DNA of 64,000 nt, from assembly GCA_903906425.1 (NCBI GenBank), contig CAIVKH010000193.1, positions 2,903-66,902 on the forward strand. The letters run 5' to 3'. The position numbers and the translations under genes are program-made. This document shows, piece by piece, positions 55,709 to 64,000 of this stretch. The stretch is from an uncultured bacterium (GTDB lineage: Bacteria > Verrucomicrobiota > Kiritimatiellia > CAIVKH01). The notes under the pieces are model-generated. The model made no database searches and was not told where the DNA came from. It saw only the letters and a list, made by a program, of their open reading frames with translations. Every line of letters starts with the position of its first letter. Position 1 is the first letter of the stretch.

Positions 55709-57937
55709 CTATTGGATGCGGCGGAGCGTCACAGTTTTGATTTCGAGGGGGGCGGTGGCGTTGTAGAGGAAGACGAGCCGGAAGTCGGCGGTGCCGGAGA
55801 GGGTGACGAGGTGGCGGAACGGCGGCGTGCCATCCATTTCGACGTAGCCGATGCAGTTGTTGTCGGGGTTCTCAATGGTCCAGGAGCCGGTTTGCGCGCT
55901 GGCGTCGGGCGTGGCGTAGTCAATGGTGATGGCGTAGCGGCCGGTGGGGAAGATGAGGCGCGGGCCGTAGAGGACGACGCGGACGGCTTCGCGGGCGGGG
56001 TCGAGTTCGACAGAGTCGTGTTCGAGGTTGATGGTGCCGGCGTGGAAGAATTCGGCGGCGGGCAGGGTGAGGCTTGCGCCGACGGGGATGTCATAGGGCT
56101 GCGGGGGATGCCGGGTCAGTTCCTGCTGCGTCGGGAAGCGGAGGGTCCAGTTGGTTCCGCGCGGCGTGACGGGGTGGGCTTCGCGGTCCAAACGAAACGA
56201 CCAGACGGTGCCATCGTGGGCCAGCAGCGTGAGGCGCGGGTGGTTGAGCAGGGCCTTGAGCGTCCAGGTGACCGGCCGGGGGCTGACTTTTTCGGGGAAC
56301 AAATCTTCGTGCAGAATGATGGCGTTGACGCCGCGCTTCTGGAGGTCGTCGAGTTGCGCGTCGGCGATTTCGCCGCGGTTGACGCTCTCGATGGCGTGGA
56401 AAAAGTCGCTGCGGTAGGAGAGCGGGACGAAGGGGCGGTAGCCGTTGACCATGCGGATGCGGTAGAGCGAGGCGTCGAATTCGTACACGGAGGCGAAGTG
56501 CGAGTCCCCGGGCCAGAAGGGAATGACCAGCGCGTGGGGGTTTTCGCCGTGCTCGCGGGCGTTGCGGGCGACGGCGGCATAGGCGTCCTGCTTCGTGGCC
56601 AGCGAGGTGAGCACCACGACGTTGAAGGATTCGAATTCGACAAAGGCGACGGCGACTAGGGCGGCGCAAAGAACGGTCGCAAGGGCGCGGCGGCTGAATA
56701 CGGCGGCGATGTGGCGGATGGCCAGCGCGGCGGCGATGGCGAACAGCGGCGGCGCGATGGTCAGGATTTTTGCGGGCTGGCGGATCATGCCGAAGTGCGG
56801 GATGAAGTCGCGGGCCTTGCGGAAAAATACGCCGCCGTGAATTCCATGCGGGCCCAGCGCCATCGCGGCCATGACCAGCAGGCCGGCGACCAGCGCGATG
56901 AGGCCGGCGGCGGCGAGGCGCCGGCGGCGGTCGCGCAGCGCGATGATCGCGGCGGCGATGAGGCCGGCGGCGAGAAGGGCGACGAGGCCGCAGCCGATAT
57001 AAATGTGATTGGTGACGCCGGCATCGTAGCGCGCGAAAAATCCGGCGGCCTTCGGCGAGGTCAACGCCACTTCGGACAGCGGGCGCGATCCGCGGCCGGA
57101 CTCGCTGACGGTGCCGGTCATGCTTTTCGCGGTCAGCAACGCGAGGGCGAGGGCGGCAAGAACGGGCGTCAAACGCAGCGCGATTCTGATCCAGCCGCGC
57201 GGGAAGGCGGGCAGCTTTCCGGCCTGCGAGAGCGAGACGAGGCAGAAGAGCGGGGAGAAAAGCAGACTGAAGAAAAATACGTGCGTGTCGTTCCACGCGG
57301 AGAACAGCAGGGCGATTGCGGCGAGAAATCCGCCGGTCCATCTTTCGTCGCGCAGGGCGATGTCGAGGCCGAGGAAGAAAAGCGGCGGAAGGCACATGGC
57401 AAAACCGGCGGGGCTTCCGCCGGCGAGGTTGATCCAGCGAAAGGGATAGGCGACGGTCAACGCCGCCAGCGCCCATGCCCACGCGGACGACACGCCATAG
57501 CGGCGCACGAGGTGGAAGGTGATGAGCATCGTGAGCCAGAGCGAGATGAAGCCCGAGAAATTCCAGCCGAACGCGCGGCCGGCGATGGCGTCGCCGAGGG
57601 CGAAGAAAAGGGAGAACGGAAAATAATACGCGCCGATTTCGCGGCGCGCGGCGTCGTTGCCGAGGTTGAATTCGTAGATGTTCGAGAACAGCGGCGTGCG
57701 GCCGCGGGCCATGTCCTCGAAGAGCCAGAAGTGGTAGAGCAGTTGCAGTTGGTCGCCCGGTTCCATGAAGCGCGGCGCCGAGTGTTCGCAGGATTTCACC
57801 GCGCCATATGGGATGGCCGAGGCGAGGTGGCGCGGCAGCGGCCACGACAATTCCGCCCACACCGCCGCGGTCAGCAGCAGCGCGACGAGGCAGGTGCGCC
57901 CGAAGACCGGCCGGCCCGTTGAAATTTCCCGATCCAT
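55709..57937 (-). CDS. Polytopic membrane protein, probable GT-C-type glycosyltransferase
   Basis: SWPL..GD after first TM, many TMs, IR.P.K and MVNGY motifs; C-terminal soluble domain. Confidence 0.6.
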   Translation of the reverse strand: MDREISTGRPVFGRTCLVALLLTAAVWAELSWPLPRHLASAIPYGAVKSCEHSAPRFMEPGDQLQLLYHFWLFEDMARGRTPLFSNIYEFNLGNDAARREIGAYYFPFSLFFALGDAIAGRAFGWNFSGFISLWLTMLITFHLVRRYGVSSAWAWALAALTVAYPFRWINLAGGSPAGFAMCLPPLFFLGLDIALRDERWTGGFLAAIALLFSAWNDTHVFFFSLLFSPLFCLVSLSQAGKLPAFPRGWIRIALRLTPVLAALALALLTAKSMTGTVSESGRGSRPLSEVALTSPKAAGFFARYDAGVTNHIYIGCGLVALLAAGLIAAAIIALRDRRRRLAAAGLIALVAGLLVMAAMALGPHGIHGGVFFRKARDFIPHFGMIRQPAKILTIAPPLFAIAAALAIRHIAAVFSRRALATVLCAALVAVAFVEFESFNVVVLTSLATKQDAYAAVARNAREHGENPHALVIPFWPGDSHFASVYEFDASLYRIRMVNGYRPFVPLSYRSDFFHAIESVNRGEIADAQLDDLQKRGVNAIILHEDLFPEKVSPRPVTWTLKALLNHPRLTLLAHDGTVWSFRLDREAHPVTPRGTNWTLRFPTQQELTRHPPQPYDIPVGASLTLPAAEFFHAGTINLEHDSVELDPAREAVRVVLYGPRLIFPTGRYAITIDYATPDASAQTGSWTIENPDNNCIGYVEMDGTPPFRHLVTLSGTADFRLVFLYNATAPLEIKTVTLRRIQ

Positions 57938-58160
57938 GCTTCTCGTTTATTCGTTCCGCCGCCGGTTCGGCAAGCACCGATGGATTTTCTTTGGCGCGCC
58001 GGCCGCAGGGGCGGGCTGCCGGTGCGGCGTGACTTCATTCTGGCGGCGACCGGGCGCGGCTGAAGGAAAATATTTCATTCTTGTTCACTTCCGCTTGACC
58101 TTTTTTTTTGATCGCGGCAAGGTGCAAACATCAGGCTAAAGAAAAAAAACAGGGGACGAT

Positions 58161-58748
58161 ATGATGTACTTTAGAATTCTTGCGGCGCTGTCACTGGTCG
58201 CGGTGCTCGGCTTTTTCGGAACCGGGTGCGAGGTCAACGTCGGAGCCAAACAGACGGATACAAATGGTGTGCCCACGACGACGACGAATCCGACTTCAAC
58301 GACGCAAACAAATCCGCTCACACAGACCACGACACCGGCTTCGACGAATCAACCGGTTTTTGCCGATGAACTCGATGTTTCGGGCGCGATCACCTACGGA
58401 ACGCACGCCGACTTCAAGCCGCAGAATGCGCAACCCACGCAGATTCTCTACAAGTCCGACATTAGCGGCGGAAAGGTCTATCTGGATTTCCAGCCGCTGA
58501 CCGGCTGGCCGCTTGACAACGGCACGGATGGAGGCGTCTGCATCTTCTGGCACGAAGGCGGCAATGTCGTGGGCGGAATGTTCGACTGGCACGGCGTGGG
58601 CCAGACGATCAAGCTGCTCGAAAACATCTATGGCGGTTACCTGGCCGGACATGTGCCGAAACACGGTGACTCGGTCTGGTTCTGCATCATCGGCAACGGC
58701 GACAAAGTGCGCACGACGGTGACGAAGAGTTCCGCGACGTGGGATTGA
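58161..58748 (+). CDS. Uncharacterised lipoprotein, paralogue of 5906..6400
   Basis: Lipobox GTGC, Thr-rich linker, HGVGQTIKLLENIYGGYL. Confidence 0.8.
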   Translation: MMYFRILAALSLVAVLGFFGTGCEVNVGAKQTDTNGVPTTTTNPTSTTQTNPLTQTTTPASTNQPVFADELDVSGAITYGTHADFKPQNAQPTQILYKSDISGGKVYLDFQPLTGWPLDNGTDGGVCIFWHEGGNVVGGMFDWHGVGQTIKLLENIYGGYLAGHVPKHGDSVWFCIIGNGDKVRTTVTKSSATWD

Positions 58749-58781
58749 TCAGCGCTTCTGCCCGATGACGGATTCGCCGCG

Positions 58782-59699
58782 TCACGGCAGCGGCGAACCG
58801 TTGGCAATCGGACGCGGCCAGCCTTCCCATTTGCGATGCGGTTTCTTCTCGTAGGCCGGCCCGCTTTCGCTGAAGCGGATGAACCGGTACGTGCAATCGC
58901 TGTCCAGCGAGAGCTGCCGGTCCGGAACCAGTTCAATTTCGTCGCCGAATTTCCCGTGATTGATTTCGTGGACAAGCTTTGCCTCGCCGGTAAAACGGCT
59001 GCCAAAATTGAATTCGAAATCGTCGAAATAAAAAACGCAGCCGGACGGCAGGACCGGCAGCAGCCGCTCGAACACCGTCTTGGATGATGAATAGTAGTCG
59101 CAGTCCACCCACACGAGAATTGGTTTTTGTTGCGCAATCTCGGCGATGACATCCGGCGTCAGAGAGTCCTCAAAATACCCCTTGTGGATTTTGTAATTCG
59201 CGTAGCACTTCTTCTCGCAGTAATCGTGCAAGATTTCGTAGTTGCCCTTGAACTGCCCTTGTGCCCACTCGAAACCGCCGAGGCTGATTTCAGCCTTGCC
59301 GTCTGGCGCCCGCAATCCCTCGAACGAGTCGAACGCATGGACCGTCACTTCGTTTTCCAATCCGAGATAGCGCGTCGCATAGAGCATCTTTGCGAAGGAA
59401 TAGCCATTGGCCGTGCCAAATTCCAAGATCGAGAATGGCCCCTTGTATTTTGCGTTGAAGTCGCGGAGCACGTCGTAGAGCTGCTCCATCCTGTAGAAGC
59501 TGCCCGCAAATTTCCTCAGTAGTTTCCGCGGGGCCGAAATGCAGTTCAAAAAGAAGAACGTCTTCAGCCAGTCTCCCGGCAGCAAATACGAAGAGAGCCT
59601 CATCCCCTTTGTCAATGTCGACCGGTCGGCGAGCGCTTTCTTCGCACTCACCAAAGGCTGACTTTCCAAGTTTATTCGCTTGGCAACACTCTCATGCAT
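58782..59699 (-). CDS. TylF/MycF-family O-methyltransferase
   Basis: LEFG..NG.S, FDSFEGL, KGYFEDSL, VDCDYYSS, FDDF. Confidence 0.85.
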   Translation of the reverse strand: MHESVAKRINLESQPLVSAKKALADRSTLTKGMRLSSYLLPGDWLKTFFFLNCISAPRKLLRKFAGSFYRMEQLYDVLRDFNAKYKGPFSILEFGTANGYSFAKMLYATRYLGLENEVTVHAFDSFEGLRAPDGKAEISLGGFEWAQGQFKGNYEILHDYCEKKCYANYKIHKGYFEDSLTPDVIAEIAQQKPILVWVDCDYYSSSKTVFERLLPVLPSGCVFYFDDFEFNFGSRFTGEAKLVHEINHGKFGDEIELVPDRQLSLDSDCTYRFIRFSESGPAYEKKPHRKWEGWPRPIANGSPLP

Positions 59700-59903
59700 A
59701 CCCCATTCCTCCCGCAAAGCATTCCAATTGCACCAGCTGATTTTTTCTGGAAGCTACATCCAAACTTTGAACAATCAAATTTTCCACGTATGAATTCTGG
59801 CTCGACAAGCCTTTCACCGTAGAAACGATCACCCTTGGCGATGCACCCGCGAAGAACGCAAACGAAAAGGCATGTGTTCGAATCCAGAACCAAACGATCA
59901 TAC

Positions 59904-59948
59904 AAGAAAACACGACCTCACGATGCCGAAGGCGCATCGTGGAGGTTG
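59904..59948 (-). terminator. Probable intrinsic terminator
   Basis: ACCTC-ACGATGC stem-loop followed by GTTTTCTT on the minus strand, just after the lipoprotein stop at 59966. Confidence 0.55.
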
Positions 59949-59965
59949 GATCAACCGCACGCAAA

Positions 59966-60385
59966 TTACAGTTTTGTGCCGTTGATTGGATTGTGCTTGG
60001 GCGGGTCATGCCAGAACTCTACGAAATCCATCTGCATCGTTTTGCCATCTGAGCTCAGCGTGCAATCAATCTCACCCGTGCCGACGCCGGGGTTCGTGAA
60101 CGGTCCGGTGACCGTGGTGCCGTCCTGGGTGAACGTTCCAGCCAAATGCTGGGATGAGAACCCGGCATCGTTATACTGGACGAAAGTTCCATCGGCATTA
60201 AACTTCCACCACGTCTGGCCGCCATCTGTTTGATTCACCATCGCCCACTCGCCCACGACGCTGCCAGCACTACTGCCGCCTTTGTCGCTGCTGCCGCCGC
60301 CGTTGTCGCATCCCGACACTAACGCCATTGCGGCCATGGTCATGACGATCACGCCCACCATTTTCATGAATCCACGCACTGTCAT
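59966..60385 (-). CDS. Small lipoprotein, lipocalin-like
   Basis: Lipobox VSGC, Gly/Ser linker, VVGEW..FNADGTF motif; GGAG upstream. Confidence 0.75.
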   Translation of the reverse strand: MTVRGFMKMVGVIVMTMAAMALVSGCDNGGGSSDKGGSSAGSVVGEWAMVNQTDGGQTWWKFNADGTFVQYNDAGFSSQHLAGTFTQDGTTVTGPFTNPGVGTGEIDCTLSSDGKTMQMDFVEFWHDPPKHNPINGTKL

Positions 60386-60539
60386 TTCACTATCTCCTGT
60401 TATATTTATTCAACGTACAAACTGATCAAGCGCGCGAATTCCTACGCAACAATGCAGTGACTTCGCAACTTAATTTTGATTATTTTTGAGCCTCGCCAAT
60501 CGCGACAATCATGGAATCCCGTCCGCATTTTCGGCCCGC

Positions 60540-61052
60540 TCAGCGGCGTTTTTTGTCGATGGGCTTGACGAAGAGAATTTCTGCCATGCTCACACGGTCG
60601 CTCTTCCGCAGTCCGCGGATTTGTTCGAGCAACCGTGCAATGAGGTCGCGTTCGCGTTGGTCTTCCTCCGGCACATCATCCAACACATCGCGGATCGCAA
60701 TTTCGAGCGTCTTGAAATCGTTGCCTGGATTTAGGGCCAGCAGATAGCGGGCAGGCGCGACTTCGACCAGATGAAGAAAGGGAATGCGCCGAAGTGCGTC
60801 ACTGGGACCGATGACGATCAGTCCCGTGTGCGCCGCCATATCCACGACTTCCACCGCCGGTCGTGCCGATCCGTCGGTGCGCATGGCGCTTTTCGCAAGT
60901 TTCACAATGGCGCGTCCGCGGTCCGGATCGATGTATCGCAATTCCCTCAGGGTGCTTTCCGGAAGCGTCACCGTGATGGGGCGGCTCGGCCCGGCATATT
61001 TGGGCGGACGTCCACCGGCGCCTTTTCTGCCAGTATGTCGATTAGTTTTCAC
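60540..61052 (-). CDS. Hypothetical protein with N-terminal AT-hook/RHH-like DNA-binding region
   Basis: GGRPPK followed by ITVTLPE..L..L; GTG start; coherent 170-aa ORF. Confidence 0.65.
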   Translation of the reverse strand: MKTNRHTGRKGAGGRPPKYAGPSRPITVTLPESTLRELRYIDPDRGRAIVKLAKSAMRTDGSARPAVEVVDMAAHTGLIVIGPSDALRRIPFLHLVEVAPARYLLALNPGNDFKTLEIAIRDVLDDVPEEDQRERDLIARLLEQIRGLRKSDRVSMAEILFVKPIDKKRR

Positions 61053-61130
61053 TTTGGAAATGGAACTACGTGATACTTCTTAAGGTGAAACATATTCTTG
61101 TCAATTGCCAAATCATGCCCAAACGTATTT

Positions 61131-61177
61131 TTCCAATGATTGGAAAATCCGGCCGCGCAAACTTCCAATCATTGGAA
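61131..61177. repeat. Palindrome doublet locus 17
   Basis: TTCCAATGATTGGAA (61131) + TTCCAATCATTGGAA (61163), period 32. Confidence 0.95.
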
Positions 61178-61178
61178 A

Positions 61179-62225
61179 TCAGGCGAGCGCCGGCAGGGTG
61201 ATGCGGAAGGCGGCACCGGGCACGTCGAGCAGTTCGATGCGGCCCCGGTGGAGATTTACGATGTCGGCGACGATGGCCAGGCCGAGGCCGCTTCCGGACA
61301 AATCGCTACCGGGGCCGCGCGCGAACCGCTGGAAAAGCTGGCTGCGCAGCTCCGGGGCGACGCCGGGGCCGCTGTCGCAGATGTCGAGCCGGTAGTGACC
61401 GTCCGGGCCGGGTGCCAGATCAATCTGGATGGTGCCGCCCTCCGGCGTGTGGCGCATGGCGTTGTCGAGGAGGTTGGCGGTCATCTGCTGCAACAGCGCG
61501 CCGTCGCCGAGCACGCGACAGCCCATCGGCAGGTGCACCTTGACTTCGAGGTTTTTGCTCAGCGCGAGCGATTCGTATTGCCCGACAACCTCGCGCACCT
61601 GCCCGCCAAGATCCATCGGCGTGAATTGCGCGCGCACTTTGTCAGCGCCCAGGCGCGCGAGCATGAGGAGTTTTTCGATGAAGTCGGAAAGGCGCTGCAC
61701 ATCTTCGAGCATACTGCCGACGGTCTCGCGATAATCGGCGGGCGTTCGTTCTTTTTGCAGGCAGACCTCGCCGGTGGTGCGGATGGAGGTCAGCGGAGTT
61801 CGCAGTTGGTGGGAGGCGTCGCTGGCGAAACGCTGCTGGCGGTCCACGGCATCGCGGTAGCGGTCGAATGCCTTGTTAAGCGCGCCGGCGAGGCGGCCGA
61901 GCTCGTCATCGGGATTTTCTGCATTGATGCGCTCGTGGAGGCTGCCGGAGATGATGCGCTCCGCGGTTTCGCGTATGCGCTCCAGCGGGCGCATCATGCG
62001 GCGGCAGATTCTGCGCGTCACGATGATGGCCACGGGCAGGGCCAGCAGCCCGGCGATGATGACGACCGCCACTTCGCCGGACTCCTCCACGATCGAGTGC
62101 GACTCGCCCTGCATCCACTCCCAGACTTGATACAGCGCGTCCGCGACCGCGATGAAGGCCAGATAGGTCAGCAGCAGGCCGATCATCCAGCGGAAATAGC
62201 GGGCCTTGAGTGGGGCGGGGTTCAC
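61179..62225 (-). CDS. Sensor histidine kinase (2 TM, HAMP)
   Basis: DELGRLA HAMP, ASHQLRTPL H-box, NLLDNA, DSGPG, GSGLGL. Confidence 0.92.
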   Translation of the reverse strand: MNPAPLKARYFRWMIGLLLTYLAFIAVADALYQVWEWMQGESHSIVEESGEVAVVIIAGLLALPVAIIVTRRICRRMMRPLERIRETAERIISGSLHERINAENPDDELGRLAGALNKAFDRYRDAVDRQQRFASDASHQLRTPLTSIRTTGEVCLQKERTPADYRETVGSMLEDVQRLSDFIEKLLMLARLGADKVRAQFTPMDLGGQVREVVGQYESLALSKNLEVKVHLPMGCRVLGDGALLQQMTANLLDNAMRHTPEGGTIQIDLAPGPDGHYRLDICDSGPGVAPELRSQLFQRFARGPGSDLSGSGLGLAIVADIVNLHRGRIELLDVPGAAFRITLPALA

Positions 62226-62896
62226 GGCACCTTGAGAACGAAGCCGACGCCGCGGACGGTGTGCAGAAGTTGCAGGTCGAAATCGCGGTCAATCTTGTCG
62301 CGCAGATGCGAGACGTGAACATCAATGACGTTGTCCAGCGGCGTCGCGCGCGAGTTGATCTTCCACACGTCGCGCGCCAGCATTTCGCGCGAAACGATCT
62401 GGCCGCCCGCGCGCAGGAGATAGACGAGCATGTCGAATTCCTTTGGCGTCAGATCGATCGCCTTGCCCGCGCGTTCGACGGAGCGGCCGACGAGATTGAT
62501 TTTCAGGTCCGCGAGTGTGAGCACCGGCCCTTCGCTTCGGCTGCGGCGTAACGATGCCTTGATCCGGGCGAGCAGTTCGGGAAACGCGAAAGGCTTCACC
62601 AGATAATCGTCGGCGCCTTCGTCCAGTCCTTTGACACGGTCATCAACGCTGTCGCGCGCGGTCAGGATGATCACGGGCACCGAATTGTGCTTGGCCCGCA
62701 GATGTCGCAAAACCTCGATGCCGTCCAATCCCGGCAGGCCGAGATCCAGCAGCACGAGATCGAAGGCGTTTTGATCCAGCAACTCCATGGCTTGCTGCGC
62801 CGCGCGGGCGTGCGTCGTCGTATAGCCGGACTCTTGCAAGCCCTGCTTCAGCATGTTCGCCACTTTGGCATCATCCTCAACAATGAGCAGATTCAT
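62222..62896 (-). CDS. OmpR-family response regulator (CusR/CopR-like)
   Basis: LIVEDD, LDLGLP, GADDYLVKPF, LTPKEF, NVIDVHV..LR.KID, TVRGVG. Confidence 0.93.
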   Translation of the reverse strand: MNLLIVEDDAKVANMLKQGLQESGYTTTHARAAQQAMELLDQNAFDLVLLDLGLPGLDGIEVLRHLRAKHNSVPVIILTARDSVDDRVKGLDEGADDYLVKPFAFPELLARIKASLRRSRSEGPVLTLADLKINLVGRSVERAGKAIDLTPKEFDMLVYLLRAGGQIVSREMLARDVWKINSRATPLDNVIDVHVSHLRDKIDRDFDLQLLHTVRGVGFVLKVP

Positions 62897-62976
62897 GTTC
62901 TTAATCTCCAGGCTGCACGATGACATCTAGTCAGACTCGTGCCACGTTCCAATGCTTAAAGATGCTTAACCGCTGG

Positions 62977-63906
62977 TCATCGGTTCTCCTGCCCTGAACT
63001 TTGGACTTTGGAGTTGTGACCGCGCAAAATCGCCCACACGAAGAAAACCGCCACAATCACGATGGCCAGCGCGCCCTGCGAAACATAATCGCCCGGCCCG
63101 AGCAGCCCGCGCATGATTGCCCAATTGTGGTTGAAAACGAACGCGCTGAGCTGCATTGCCCAGACCCAGCCGCCGTGCAGGCCGATCGCGCGCCACAGAT
63201 GGCCGTCGGTTTCGTACAGCCGGCACAGCGTCAGCCCCATCAGAAAAAGTGTGATGGCAAACGCGCCGTCACGCGCGGGGTCGAAACCCTGAATCATCAG
63301 CGGCATCACTGCAAAACCCGAACTCCATCGCGAGGCATCGAAATTCGCGGGCAGATTCGGGTGCAAAAAATGTACCGACGCAAAGAACAGACTCGCGATG
63401 ATCGCGGCAAGCCAGAAATTCAAACGCGGGCGCAGCGCGCCAAAAAAAAAGCCGCGGAAAAAAGTCTCCTCGAAAAGGCCGATAAAAATCGAACCGGCCA
63501 GAAACATGGCCGCCCGCCCCAAAATTTGCGCCGCCGAAATTCCGGAATTCAGGCGGTAGCCGCCCATCAGCCAGCCGAGCAAATAGCCGCAGCTCATGGA
63601 CAGAAGACCGACCATTGCGGCGACCGCCAAAACCCGGACGCGGTCGCCGGAAATCTTCAGCGCCCCGCGGATTCGCGGCAAAAGCCCGCTGAGCCTCAAC
63701 GCGGGAAAAAGCAGCACGAATGAAACCGCCAGAACGCACCGGTCCATCACGCGCCGGAATTCGGGCGCGTTGAACGGCTCGAAGCCCGGCCACATCCGGT
63801 GAAGCGCCGTGATCAGATGCGCGTTGACCATCGGTGCGATCAGCGCGCCGACGAGTGGCGGGACAACAATCAGCAGAAGTATCGCGAGGATTGGCCGCGG
63901 CTTCAT
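62977..63906 (-). CDS. CPBP (CAAX protease/Abi) family intramembrane protein
   Basis: EETFFRG, FASVH, IGLH motifs; multiple TMs. Confidence 0.88.
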   Translation of the reverse strand: MKPRPILAILLLIVVPPLVGALIAPMVNAHLITALHRMWPGFEPFNAPEFRRVMDRCVLAVSFVLLFPALRLSGLLPRIRGALKISGDRVRVLAVAAMVGLLSMSCGYLLGWLMGGYRLNSGISAAQILGRAAMFLAGSIFIGLFEETFFRGFFFGALRPRLNFWLAAIIASLFFASVHFLHPNLPANFDASRWSSGFAVMPLMIQGFDPARDGAFAITLFLMGLTLCRLYETDGHLWRAIGLHGGWVWAMQLSAFVFNHNWAIMRGLLGPGDYVSQGALAIVIVAVFFVWAILRGHNSKVQSSGQENR

Positions 63907-64000
63907 TGCGCCGCCTTTTTCATCGCGCGCAGCCGCCGCAAGACTTCGCGCACGCCACAGCGTTTTCCCGCGCGGTGGAAATTTCCCGATCGCAGCGCGG
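63903..64000 (-). CDS. 3' end of a gene truncated by the window edge
   Basis: Open frame ending ...VLRRLRAMKKAAQ* with ATGA overlap onto the next start. Confidence 0.4.
   Translation of the reverse strand, partial: ALRSGNFHRAGKRCGVREVLRRLRAMKKAAQ

Noticed and set aside
3612-57977. Long antisense or alternate-frame ORFs (e.g. 3612..5879, 9918..11528, 15372..17144, 27037..28821, 56091..57977)
   Set aside because: Shadows of well-supported genes in high-GC DNA; Arg/Ala/Pro-rich with no recognisable motifs.
1099-61177. Doublets as intrinsic terminators or integron attC sites
   Set aside because: They occur between divergent genes and inside a CDS, have AT-rich stems without consistent U-tracts, lack GTTRRRY/RYYYAAC ends, and there is no integrase.
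1-64000. tRNA, rRNA, riboswitches, IS elements
   Set aside because: None recognised by eye; a covariance-model scan would be needed to exclude small structured RNAs.

Overview
A gene-dense, high-GC bacterial chromosomal window. PEP-CTERM, NPCBM-bearing glycosidases, a divergent ftsQAZ and a DxDGDG..W-type C-terminal tail suggest a PVC-superphylum organism such as Kiritimatiellia/Verrucomicrobiota; this is inference. It holds about 49 CDS in short, functionally unrelated modules: glycosylation and glycan catabolism genes, ilvD, V-type ATPase B/D only, ftsQAZ, srkA, lemA, a SNF2 helicase, vapBC, bamD-lptE, cysE, an Mla-like transporter followed by a CHASE2 cyclase module, and a two-component system. 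I saw no rRNA, tRNA, transposase, integrase or cas genes. The main unexplained signal is a dispersed element. A 15-bp palindrome, TTCCAAT(C/G)ATTGGAA, occurs 35 times at 17 loci, always as a doublet (once a triplet) with a fixed 32-33 bp period and a polar, degenerate GC-rich spacer. It marks module boundaries in every gene orientation and sits exactly 1 nt from four stop codons. It coincides by eye with local C-to-G skew switches and is translated in frame inside one lipoprotein signal peptide. Other oddities: an IlvD with an inserted SnoaL/NTF2-like domain plus a frameshift, an FtsZ with altered GTPase motifs, an apparently inactive MlaF-like ATPase, a 21-bp minisatellite and a paralogous pair of uncharacterised lipoproteins. 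All product calls are motif recognition by eye; no searches were run.
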